Below are positions 8,656-17,095 of a DNA stretch of 59,331 bases, one piece after another. The DNA comes from an uncultured bacterium. Its GTDB lineage: Bacteria; Ratteibacteria; UBA8468; B48-G9; JAFGKM01. Below the pieces are notes generated by a model, which saw nothing but the letters and a program-made list of their open reading frames with translations, ran no database searches and had not been told where the DNA came from. Each line of letters opens with the position of its first letter. Position 1 is the stretch's first letter. The translations under genes and the position numbers were made by a program. The stretch spans positions 1-59,331 of the forward strand of contig CAYPTS010000002.1 of NCBI GenBank assembly GCA_964413825.1, written 5' to 3'.

Positions 8656-10503
8656 ATGATTAACGTCAAAAAGACACTGCCCGTGCTGGTATTTTTTGTT
8701 GCGGCATCCATGGGTTGCTGCAGCGAATGGTTTCAGAAAAACAGGGAGTTGGCGGCTGTTTTCCATCCGCGCGTATGGACTTACATAGAAATGGCCGGAA
8801 ACGAAGATGCTGCGGGGAGACAGAAGGAAGCCGATTCACTGCTCAGGCGCGCCGAAAGAAAGATAGAAGAGGCAAAGCCCTTCATGCCCGGCAACTGGCC
8901 TATGGGATGGCCGCAGGACGGTAAAAACACGCTGAAATTTCTGCAGTATGCGGCTCCCGATGCATATATGTACAGAATTATAGGAGATTATGCCTATTCG
9001 CACAACAGGATGAAAGAGGCGCTGGCATATTATGAAAAATACATTCTGCATTCCGTCGTTTCCGATACGGATTATATGGCAAAAATGGCGGATATCTTTC
9101 AAAAAGAAGGCAGGCCGCGGGATGCAATAATAGTTTACAACAATATTTACAGTGTGGTGGAATCAAAAAATTTTCACGGGACAGGTTTTTCCCGGAATTA
9201 TCTGACAGGCAAAATCAAAAATCTGAATATGCAGATTAGGAAACCCAATGTCCTGCTTCTCGACATATTTTTTGTCGGCATCGGGGATTATACCATGAGC
9301 GACATTCAGCAGATGTTGACGGAAAAAACCATGGGAATGAAGGAATTTTCCATTCTGCCGAGACGGGATTTTGACAGGGTAATGGCTGAAGAATCTCTGA
9401 CTAAAGAGGATTTGCAGTATCCCGATGAATTGTCAAACCTGGGCAAGATGTTGAATGCGGATTATATAATCAGGCCTTCGCTTACGCTTATAGACGGATA
9501 CTATATTTTTCATGCGGACGTTTTCGACCCCGCGAGAAAAATATGGTTTGAAAACTACGAATACAAGACCCTGTCGCGCATTAACATTGCAAATCTTGTC
9601 GACCGCTTTACATGGCAGTTCAGGGGCAGGGAGATACCTGCGGGATTGCTTTTGCCGGAGAGTGATTCTCTCTGGGAGTATGAAACCGACAGTCTGATAA
9701 ACGACCTCCGGATTTCTTCCGGGGGCGAAAGGATTATTGCGGGATGTGACAGCGGTGCGGTTTACGTTTTCAATGCAAAAGGAACGGTGCTCAGGAAATT
9801 CAAGATGTCTGAAAAAATACTGAAGACCGCGGTTTCGCCCTGCGGGAAGTTTTACTCGTGGCTCGCTCTTGACGGCAATGTCTTTTTTGCCGAAGAACCC
9901 GGCAGAGTTGTCAGGTGGAGTGAAAAACTTGGAAACCAGGGAAGGGACATTGATATTTCGAAAGACGGAAGGTTTGTTGTTATAGGAGTAAACAACGAGG
10001 TGATTTTCAAAGACCGGCGGGGCGAGATTTTCTGGCGGGAAACCGTACCTCATTGGGCGACAAAGATAAAAATATCCGGGGATTCCCACAGGATTTTTGC
10101 GGGCATGGAAAACGGTGGCTATTGGTGTTTTTCAGACGAGGGAAACATTCTTTGGAAGAAAAATCTCGGCAGCAGGATAACTGACATAAAAGTATCCGCC
10201 GGTAACTACAGTTGCGCGGTTAACGTTAGCGGAAAAACTTTTGTTTATGACGAAAAGGGGAATGAAGTTATGAACTTCGACGCGGGCAAGGATATGCAGT
10301 ATTCCGCTTTCAGGCCCGATGTGATAGAACTGCTTTCCGGAAAAAAAGGCAAGTACGTATATCTGCTGTCCGCCGATAAAAACCGGCTGTGGGAATACAG
10401 CCTCAGCGGCAAGGTGAATTTTATCGATGCCCTTTCTGACGGCAGGTTCATATGCGCGGTGGAAGGGAAAAACATTTTTACTTTTAGAACGGTCTGGAAA
10501 TAA
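8656..10503 (+). CDS. Large lipoprotein: TPR-like N-region, LpoB/CsgG-like alpha/beta domain and C-terminal beta-propeller-like repeats
   Basis: Signal plus lipobox (..VAASMGC). Middle segment NVLLLDIFFVG..RRDFDRVMAEESL..LGKMLNADYIIRPSLT. C-terminal repeated ..G.V.VF...G..LW pattern. Starts 2 nt after the preceding stop. Confidence 0.55.
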   Translation: MINVKKTLPVLVFFVAASMGCCSEWFQKNRELAAVFHPRVWTYIEMAGNEDAAGRQKEADSLLRRAERKIEEAKPFMPGNWPMGWPQDGKNTLKFLQYAAPDAYMYRIIGDYAYSHNRMKEALAYYEKYILHSVVSDTDYMAKMADIFQKEGRPRDAIIVYNNIYSVVESKNFHGTGFSRNYLTGKIKNLNMQIRKPNVLLLDIFFVGIGDYTMSDIQQMLTEKTMGMKEFSILPRRDFDRVMAEESLTKEDLQYPDELSNLGKMLNADYIIRPSLTLIDGYYIFHADVFDPARKIWFENYEYKTLSRINIANLVDRFTWQFRGREIPAGLLLPESDSLWEYETDSLINDLRISSGGERIIAGCDSGAVYVFNAKGTVLRKFKMSEKILKTAVSPCGKFYSWLALDGNVFFAEEPGRVVRWSEKLGNQGRDIDISKDGRFVVIGVNNEVIFKDRRGEIFWRETVPHWATKIKISGDSHRIFAGMENGGYWCFSDEGNILWKKNLGSRITDIKVSAGNYSCAVNVSGKTFVYDEKGNEVMNFDAGKDMQYSAFRPDVIELLSGKKGKYVYLLSADKNRLWEYSLSGKVNFIDALSDGRFICAVEGKNIFTFRTVWK

Positions 10504-10509
10504 GAAGAC

Positions 10510-10651
10510 AAAATCAAAGCCCCTCGCAAGAAGAACGGGGGTTCGGGAGTCGGGATTGGGTGTTCCCCGTAAAGAAAAAACGGGGCAAGCGGGAAAGACA
10601 AAGGAAGAGAAGAGTTTTTTCGAATCCCTAATACCGAATCTCTAATCCCGG
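10510..10651 (+). repeat. Leader-element type B, copy 1 (upstream of the oxidoreductase gene)
   Basis: AAAATCAAAGCCCCTCGC..GGTTCGGGAGTCGGGATTGG..TTCCCCGTAAAGAAAAAACGGGGCAAGCGGGAAAG..GAATCTCTAATCCCGG. The 72-nt core differs at only 3 positions from the reverse complement of 16794-16892 (hand alignment). Confidence 0.9.
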
Positions 10652-10687
10652 TACTTAATTAGTTTGAGACAAAGGAGGATATGCAAA

Positions 10688-11701
10688 ATGGTTAAGATTG
10701 GTATAATTGGAGCAGGGTTTATGGGAAGTATGCATGCGAGCGTTTACAATCTTTTGCCTGATGCCGCAATTGTCGGGATTGCCGACATAAGGGGAGAAAA
10801 GGCAAAGTCTCTGGCGGCGAAGTATAAAACAATACCGTATTATGACCCCCAGCAGTTGTTCGACAAACAGGATATTACGGTCATTGACGTTTGTCTGCCG
10901 ACGTTCATGCACAAGGAATACGTTATTAAGGCCGCGGAAGCAGGCAAGGACGTATTGTGCGAGAAACCGATTGCGCTTACCGTCGAGGATGCCGATGAGA
11001 TGATAAAGATTTGCAAAAAAAACAATGTCAGGTTTATGGTGGCGCACGTGATAAGATTCTGGGACGAATACCGGTTTTTGAAAGAGGCGTTCGACAGGAA
11101 AACTTACGGAGAGTTGAAATCTCTTTCATGCAGGCGTCTTTCTGCCCTGCCGACTTGGGGATGGCAGGACTGGCTTCTCAATAACGATAAATCCGGAAGT
11201 GCCGTAGTCGACCTGCACGTTCACGATACGGATTTTATAAGGTATCTCATTGGAGAGGAACCCGGAAAAATTTATTCCAAAACGTTAAAAGACGAAATAC
11301 CTTATTCGCATATATACACCACATTTTCTTTCAAAAACGGACTTGTGGTGAGTACGGAAGGGGGATGGGACTATCCCGCGTCATTTCCCTTTGAAATGAG
11401 TTATATCGCTAAGTTTGAAAAGGCGGTGCTTGACTTCAACTCGAGAAATACTCCTTCGCTTACGGTTTATGAATCATCCGGCAAGGTGGACAGACCTGTC
11501 TTTGAAAAGGTGAAGGTTGACGGGGCAGAAGGCAACATAAGCGACCTCGGCGGGTATTTCTTCGAGCTAAGGTATTTTGTCGACCACGTGTCGCATAACA
11601 AGCCTTTCAATGTGGTTACCCCCGAGGATGCCAGAGATTCCCTGCGCCTGATTTTGAAGGAAAAAGAGTCTGCCGATAAGGCCGCTGAAATTTCCCTATG
11701 A
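10688..11701 (+). CDS. Gfo/Idh/MocA family NAD(P)-dependent oxidoreductase
   Basis: MVKIGIIGAGFMGSMHA.., EKPIALT and a Rossmann N-terminus. AGGAGG lies 9 nt upstream of the ATG at 10688. Confidence 0.85.
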   Translation: MVKIGIIGAGFMGSMHASVYNLLPDAAIVGIADIRGEKAKSLAAKYKTIPYYDPQQLFDKQDITVIDVCLPTFMHKEYVIKAAEAGKDVLCEKPIALTVEDADEMIKICKKNNVRFMVAHVIRFWDEYRFLKEAFDRKTYGELKSLSCRRLSALPTWGWQDWLLNNDKSGSAVVDLHVHDTDFIRYLIGEEPGKIYSKTLKDEIPYSHIYTTFSFKNGLVVSTEGGWDYPASFPFEMSYIAKFEKAVLDFNSRNTPSLTVYESSGKVDRPVFEKVKVDGAEGNISDLGGYFFELRYFVDHVSHNKPFNVVTPEDARDSLRLILKEKESADKAAEISL

Positions 11702-12588
11702 AAGTCGGGTCTGTATCTATCGTAGGCAAACCGAATGTCGGGAAGTCGACCCTTATCAACAGTCTGCTGGGTTATAAGGTTTCCATCGTATCTGCGCATC
11801 CCGCAATTACCAGGATAAAAATACTCGGAGTGTATAATTCCGACCGGGGGCAGATTGTAATTCTCGATACACCGGGTTTTGAGAAGAGCCGCAATGAACT
11901 CGGCAGAATGATGTTGAAAACCATATTCAGTTCGGTTGACGACGCCGACCTGATATTGCTTGTAATAGGTTCGCGCGGATGGGATGAAGACGATGAAAAG
12001 ATAATGGAGTCCCTCCAGAAATTCAGGAAAAAGACAATTCTTGTGATAAACAAGGTGGATAAGGTTTCACACAAGGAATTGCTTTTGCCCCTTATAAAAG
12101 AGAGTTATGAGAAATACGATTTTGCCGACGTAGTGCCGGTTTCCGCTTCGAGAAAAAAAAACATAGATGTTCTAAGGGAGTGTATCTTCAGGCATCTTCC
12201 TGATGGCGAGAAGATGTTCCCCGATGAGATGGAGACAAACATTCCCGTGGAATATGCCATAGCGGAAATTATAAGGGAAAAGGCCGTCGATAAAACCTAC
12301 CAGGAGGTTCCGCAGTCCATAGCGGTTGAGGTTGAGGAGATGTCATCCGGGAAGCAAAACAAGGATATGGCGGTTATAAAGGCAAACATTATAGTGGACA
12401 GGGAAAATCTGAAAAGTATCATCATCGGCAAAAACGGCGCAAAACTTAAGGTAATAGGCAAACTTGCAAGGGAAGAAATAGAGGATTTTCTCGGTAAAAA
12501 GGTTTATCTTGAATTGTGGGTCAGGGTTATAAAAGGGTGGAGGGACAGGCCTGATGTTTGCAGGAAGTTTGGTTACGGCGATATGTAG
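11698..12588 (+). CDS. era: GTPase Era
   Basis: IVGKPNVGKSTLIN, DTPG, NKVD and a C-terminal KH domain (..IIGKNGAKLK..). ATGA overlap with the preceding gene. Confidence 0.93.
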   Translation: MKVGSVSIVGKPNVGKSTLINSLLGYKVSIVSAHPAITRIKILGVYNSDRGQIVILDTPGFEKSRNELGRMMLKTIFSSVDDADLILLVIGSRGWDEDDEKIMESLQKFRKKTILVINKVDKVSHKELLLPLIKESYEKYDFADVVPVSASRKKNIDVLRECIFRHLPDGEKMFPDEMETNIPVEYAIAEIIREKAVDKTYQEVPQSIAVEVEEMSSGKQNKDMAVIKANIIVDRENLKSIIIGKNGAKLKVIGKLAREEIEDFLGKKVYLELWVRVIKGWRDRPDVCRKFGYGDM

Positions 12589-12640
12589 CGGACTGTTTTC
12601 ATCCGGAGAGCGGCGTTGGCTGCGTCGTCATCTTTGCCAG

Positions 12641-12692
12641 GTGGGAGAGGTCTCCTGACCTCGAAATCGGCATCGGGAGATGCCTCCCACAA
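12641..12692 (+). repeat. Hairpin repeat type A, copy 2
   Basis: GTGGGAGAGGTCTCCTGACCTCGAAATCGGCATCGGGAGATGCCTCCCACAA, between the convergent era and lon-like genes. Homologous to 2765-2817. Confidence 0.8.
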
Positions 12693-12800
12693 GTATGCCT
12701 CCTCGCTTCCTCCTTGCCGTCTTGCTCTCCGGCGAACTCAATCCGCTAATACAGCAGATTGCCTTCATCCCGATTTCACTTCAAACACATAATCTCCAAA

Positions 12801-15230
12801 TTACTTTGAACTCTTTCTGGATTTTCTGCGCTTTTCTCCCGGAAGTTTCTGGTGCCGAAGGTAGTTTTGCGTGAGTTGCTCAAGTTTCTTTGTTACCAGG
12901 TAGTTCACGCTTCCTTTGGGATAGTTTCCTTTTTTGTCTTTTTCCCCTGCCGGAACTCCCGTGAGGATTTCGATGCCTTCATCGATGGCCTTTACCGACC
13001 ATACGTGAAATCTGCCTTTTTTGACGGCATCAATGACTTCGTCCTTCAGCATTAGATGTTTCAGATTGCTTCGGGGAATGATTACACCCTGTTCTCCTGT
13101 AAGGTTGTTCATTTTGCAGGTATAATAAAAACCTTCTATTTTTTCGTTGACGCCGCCTATAGGCTGGATTTCCCCTCTCTGATTTACCGAGCCGGTTACC
13201 GCTATTCCCTGCTTTACAGGAAGCCCTGAAAGAGAGGAGAGCAGGGCATATAATTCGGCGGATGATGCGCTGTCCCCTTCAATCTCTTCGTATAACTGCT
13301 CAAAACATATGCTTGCGCTGAACACCGCAGGTTTGCTGTCCACGTATTTTTCACCGAGATATCCGCTTAATATCAGGAATCCCTTGTTGTGAATCGTCCC
13401 GGAAAGCTTTACTTCGCGGTCTATGTTTATCATGCCGCCTCTTCCCGTATACACCCTTGCGGTTATCCTTGAAGGTTTGCCGAAAGAATAATCTCCGAGA
13501 GTAAGCACGGAAAGCCCGTTGACCTGGCCGGTTTTTGCCCCGTCCACATCGACCATAATCGTGCCTTCCTTGATGAGTTCTTCAAGCCGTTTCTCTATAA
13601 GATTGGAACGAAATATCTTTTCTTCAAGGGCTTTGTCCACATGTCTTTTTTCGACGACTTCCGAACTTTCCGAGATAGCCCAGAAATTCGATTCCCTTAT
13701 GATGTCTGCTATTTCAATGAACCGCGTCGTTAGTTTGTTCTGGTCTGATGCGAGACGCGAGCCGTATTCAACTATCTTGCATACGGAGTCCCTGTTAAAA
13801 TGCTGCAACTTCTCTTCCCTGCAGATGGTGCTTATGAAAGAGGCATAGTTTTTCACTCCTTCGCTGTCGCCGTCCATGATGGTGCTGAAGTCCGCCTTTA
13901 CCTTGAACAGTTTTTTAAATTCTTCGTCATAAGAAAAGAGCAGATAATAGAAAAGGGGGTTTCCTATAAGGAGTATTTTTACATCGAGGGGAATGGGTTC
14001 CGGTTTCAGCGTGGGGGTATTGATAAGGCGGAACTGTTCATTCAGGTCTTCTATTACTATTTCCTTGTTTTTTATCGCTCTTTTGATTATCTCCCATGAA
14101 AAGTAGTTTTTCAGGATGTCTATCGCCTGAAGAATCAGGTATCCTCCGTTGGCTTTATGGAGCGCACCGGGTTTTATCATTGTGAAGTCCGTTGCCATCG
14201 CTCCATACTGAAACGGCTTGTATTCAATCCTTCCGCTCAGGTTGTATGAAGTCGGATTGGATTCCTTTATTACGGGCGCCCCTTCTGTTTTCGAGTTGTC
14301 GATAAAGACGTTTACCTGATACTTGTAGAGGGCGGACGGCTTTTCCGGAAGTTTGACGCCTGGAAGTATTTCGACGTCCTTTTTTTCCTTGAAATCTTCC
14401 ACGTTGTCAACCATGTCTTTTTCAACGTCGGACAGATATTTCAATACCGCCGGGAGTTTTCTATATTTTTCCTTTAATTCTTCTATCCGCGGGTTTATCG
14501 TATACCTTGCCGTTTCGGTTTCGAGGGCAGTCAATTTCTGCTGGGCTTCCTTTTCCAGTTTTCTTATTTCCCTCGATACAAGGGTAAGTTGTTCATGAAG
14601 AATTTCCTGCTTCTTCTTTATTTCCTCCTTTGCTTCCTCCGTCAGTTTTTCCATGTCTTCTTCTTCAATCGTTTTGCCTTCAACGGTGGGAACGATTACT
14701 ATTCCCGAAGGCGTTTTTTTAATCTGGAAATTGGCAGTTTTTGCGCCGTTTTCAAGTTTCTCAAACAATGCATTGCGCTTGTTCTGAAAATCCTTTATTA
14801 TGAGATTTTTGTGGTCCTCGTACATCTGGCTTTCCAGTTCTTTCGGAAGTTCTGTCTGGAGTTCGTCGGTCAATGCATCCATGTCCTTTTTGAAGTCAAC
14901 GGCTTTGCCGGAAGGCAGTCTAAGAGCGGTAGGCGTATCCGGATTCGAAAAATTGTAAAGATAGCACCAGTCCTGCGGGACAGGCTGGTTTTCCGCCGTT
15001 TTCTTAAGCGCCTGTTCAACGGAAGTTGTCTTGCCAGTGCCGGAAATACCCGTAACGAATATGTTGTATCCGTCGCTTTTTATCTTGAGTCCGAACTCAA
15101 GCGCCTTTTTTGCGCGTTCCTGCCCTATAATTCCTTCGAGAGGAGATATCTCCTCGGTCGTGGTGAAATTGAAATGATTACCGGTGCATTCCTTTTTGAG
15201 TTTTTCCGGTGGAACACTGTATTTTTTCAT
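12801..15230 (-). CDS. Lon-like (LonC/COG1067-type) protease: AAA domain with coiled-coil insertion plus Lon_C proteolytic domain
   Basis: GQERAKKALEFG.., VTGISGTGKTT Walker A, a long charged coiled-coil insert, and C-terminal ..EGDSASSAELYALLSSLSGLPVKQGIAVTGSVN..G.I.PIGGVNEKIEGF. Confidence 0.85.
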   Translation of the reverse strand: MKKYSVPPEKLKKECTGNHFNFTTTEEISPLEGIIGQERAKKALEFGLKIKSDGYNIFVTGISGTGKTTSVEQALKKTAENQPVPQDWCYLYNFSNPDTPTALRLPSGKAVDFKKDMDALTDELQTELPKELESQMYEDHKNLIIKDFQNKRNALFEKLENGAKTANFQIKKTPSGIVIVPTVEGKTIEEEDMEKLTEEAKEEIKKKQEILHEQLTLVSREIRKLEKEAQQKLTALETETARYTINPRIEELKEKYRKLPAVLKYLSDVEKDMVDNVEDFKEKKDVEILPGVKLPEKPSALYKYQVNVFIDNSKTEGAPVIKESNPTSYNLSGRIEYKPFQYGAMATDFTMIKPGALHKANGGYLILQAIDILKNYFSWEIIKRAIKNKEIVIEDLNEQFRLINTPTLKPEPIPLDVKILLIGNPLFYYLLFSYDEEFKKLFKVKADFSTIMDGDSEGVKNYASFISTICREEKLQHFNRDSVCKIVEYGSRLASDQNKLTTRFIEIADIIRESNFWAISESSEVVEKRHVDKALEEKIFRSNLIEKRLEELIKEGTIMVDVDGAKTGQVNGLSVLTLGDYSFGKPSRITARVYTGRGGMINIDREVKLSGTIHNKGFLILSGYLGEKYVDSKPAVFSASICFEQLYEEIEGDSASSAELYALLSSLSGLPVKQGIAVTGSVNQRGEIQPIGGVNEKIEGFYYTCKMNNLTGEQGVIIPRSNLKHLMLKDEVIDAVKKGRFHVWSVKAIDEGIEILTGVPAGEKDKKGNYPKGSVNYLVTKKLEQLTQNYLRHQKLPGEKRRKSRKSSK

Positions 15231-15258
15231 TTATTCACTCCGTATCGTGCAAAGCCGA

Positions 15259-15287
15259 TTGAAAAAAATGTTGAAAAAACGTATAAT
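15259..15287 (+). promoter_or_regulatory. Sigma70-like promoter TTGAAA-17 nt-TATAAT upstream of rex
   Basis: TTGAAA at 15259-15264 and TATAAT at 15282-15287, with a 17-nt spacer. Confidence 0.5.
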
Positions 15288-15333
15288 AATGATACCGGTT
15301 TTGAACAAAAAAGTCAATTGCGGTGCGGTGAAA

Positions 15334-15966
15334 ATGGCGAAAAAAAACAGCATTTCCCAGGAAACCATCAAGCGCATGATTACGTATCTCCGGTATCTTG
15401 AGGCGCAGAAGAAAAAAGGCGTGCGGATAATTTCTTCAAAGGACGTCACTTCTTTTCTTAACGTCCCGCCGGAACAATTCAGAAAAGACCTTTCTTTTTT
15501 CGGCGGGTTCGGCAAGAGAGGCGTCGGGTATGACGTAAACAATCTTCTGGAAACAATCAAAAAAATACTCGGTCTCGATAAAACGATTAGAGCGGTGCTT
15601 GCAGGAGCCGGACGGCTTGGAGCGGCTTTAATCCAATATCCGGGGTTTTCCGGCATAAACATCGATATTATCGCCGCTTTTGACAATGATTCCGCCAAGA
15701 TAGGCAAAACGCTTAAAAACACGAAAATACGCGACATTAAAAAAATCGGGGATTATACAAGAAAAAACAGGGTAAGGGTGGCTTTGTTGTGCGTACCTGC
15801 GGATGCCGCACAGTCTGTAGCGGACGTTCTTGTGCGTTCAGGTGTGAAAGGCATACTTAATTTTGCCCCTGTAAGGCTGATTCTGACTGCCGACGTTTAT
15901 GCGGGGAACGTGGATATGGCATCGGAACTCGGTAATGTGGTATACCACATGAAGGTACCGGATTGA
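15334..15966 (+). CDS. rex: Redox-sensing transcriptional repressor Rex
   Basis: ISQETIKRMITYLRYL.., FGGFGKRGVGYDV and a LAGAGRLGAAL Rossmann motif. Start set at MAKKNS. Confidence 0.85.
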   Translation: MAKKNSISQETIKRMITYLRYLEAQKKKGVRIISSKDVTSFLNVPPEQFRKDLSFFGGFGKRGVGYDVNNLLETIKKILGLDKTIRAVLAGAGRLGAALIQYPGFSGINIDIIAAFDNDSAKIGKTLKNTKIRDIKKIGDYTRKNRVRVALLCVPADAAQSVADVLVRSGVKGILNFAPVRLILTADVYAGNVDMASELGNVVYHMKVPD

Positions 15967-16042
15967 TTTTTAGCCGCCGATGCATTGCGGGGTCGTAATA
16001 ATGGTTGTAATGATAGAATAAACCTACTGGGAGGTGGTGCAT

Positions 16043-16558
16043 ATGAACGTACACGAAGCAATAAGGATAAGGAGAAGCGTCAGGGTGTATCAGGACAAAC
16101 CCGTTCCGGAAGACGTATTGAAGCGCATCCTGGAAGCTGCAAGACTGGCGCCTTCGGGCAACAACCATCAATCGCGCAAGTTTGTGGTGGTGACGGACAG
16201 AATTATAAAGGAAAAACTTGCACAGGCCGCTAAAAACCAGAGTTTTGTGGCGGAAGCGCCGGTGGTGATAGCTGCAGTGGGGTTGAACCCCGAAAAAATA
16301 ATGTCCTGCGGTATTCAGGGGGACCCGGTTGACGTGGCGATATCGGCGGACCACATGACGCTTGCGGCTGTAGAAGAGGGGCTCGGCACTTGCTGGATAG
16401 GCGCTTTTCTTCAGGACCAGGTGTGCGGTATTCTAAACATTCCCAAACCGTACAGGGTTATAACACTGCTTACCCTCGGATATCCTGCGGATACTTCTGG
16501 AAGCAAGAACAGAAAATCTCTTGGAGAGGTGGTATGTTACCAGCAGTTCAGTCTATAG
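16043..16558 (+). CDS. Nitroreductase family protein
   Basis: EAIRIRRSVRVYQDKPVP..ILEAARLAPSGNNHQ. GGGAGG lies upstream of the ATG at 16043. Confidence 0.85.
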   Translation: MNVHEAIRIRRSVRVYQDKPVPEDVLKRILEAARLAPSGNNHQSRKFVVVTDRIIKEKLAQAAKNQSFVAEAPVVIAAVGLNPEKIMSCGIQGDPVDVAISADHMTLAAVEEGLGTCWIGAFLQDQVCGILNIPKPYRVITLLTLGYPADTSGSKNRKSLGEVVCYQQFSL

Positions 16559-16762
16559 TTTGAAGATAAATATCATTACCCGGGTTATAAGGGAAGCCGC
16601 AAGAAAAGAGAAAAGCAGCATATAGCCGAGTGTTATCAGTACCATCTTGTAATGTCTTGAGGGGCTTCTCATAATTAAGGCAAGGTTTGATACGAAAACT
16701 GCCAGAAGAGACAAAGCCCATATTGCAATGCCCAGAAAAAAGAATATCTGCAAGTTTTCCAT
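16553..16762 (-). CDS. Small two-TM membrane protein, unknown function
   Basis: 69 aa with two hydrophobic segments. AAAGGAG RBS supplied by leader-element B copy 2. Confidence 0.4.
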   Translation of the reverse strand: MENLQIFFFLGIAIWALSLLAVFVSNLALIMRSPSRHYKMVLITLGYMLLFSFLAASLITRVMIFIFKL

Positions 16763-16774
16763 TGTTCTCCTTTG

Positions 16775-16918
16775 CCCCCGAACTTTTTAAAAGCCGGGAT
16801 TAGAGATTCAGAAATGCTTTTCTCTGCCTTTGTCTTTCCCGCTTGCCCCGTTTTTTCTTTACGGGGAACCTCCAATCCCGACTCCCGAACCTCTGCTTTT
16901 TTGTGAGGGGTTTTGATT
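16775..16918 (-). repeat. Leader-element type B, copy 2 (sense with the downstream minus-strand gene 16553-16762)
   Basis: The reverse complement reads AAATCAAAACCCCTCACAAAA..GGTTCGGGAGTCGGGATTGGAGGTTCCCCGTAAAGAAAAAACGGGGCAAGCGGGAAAG..GAATCTCTAATCCCGG..AGTTCGGGGGCAAAGGAGAACAATG. Confidence 0.9.
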
Positions 16919-17012
16919 TATTATATATCTGTAGCATTTTCTGTCAAACGTTCCATAGATTTTGACTTGAAAATGGCCGGCGGTCGGTGTATAATTAGAT
17001 ATAATATTTACG

Positions 17013-17095
17013 GCCGGAGTGGTGGAATGGCAGACGCGCCGGACTCAAAATCCGGTGAGGGCAACCTCGTGAGGGTTCAACTCCCTCCTCCGGCA
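17013..17095 (+). tRNA. tRNA-Leu (anticodon CAA), class II with long variable arm, no encoded CCA
   Basis: Acceptor GCCGGAG/CTCCGGC, anticodon arm CCGGA-CUCAAAA-UCCGG, variable arm, and T-arm GAGGG-TTCAACT-CCCTC, folded by hand. Confidence 0.9.

Noticed and set aside
10427-10645. ORFs translating the type B repeat into a conserved peptide (VPRKEKTGQAGKTK..), also at 16675-16875
   Set aside because: Peptide similarity simply mirrors nucleotide identity of the repeat. The copies lack consistent starts and RBSs and overlap real gene ends. The sequence has strong hairpin potential, which favours an RNA or DNA element.
12801-15230. Lon-like protease as a BREX BrxL-type defence component
   Set aside because: No other BREX genes (PglX, PglZ, BrxA/B/C) are nearby. 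The architecture fits the stand-alone COG1067/LonC-type protease.
15231-15333. Rex operator (TTGTGAA-N6-TTCACAA type) in the rex/lon-like divergent spacer
   Set aside because: Only a weak imperfect inverted repeat (TTGAAC-N6-GTCAAT) is present, which is not convincing without a lineage-specific Rex motif.
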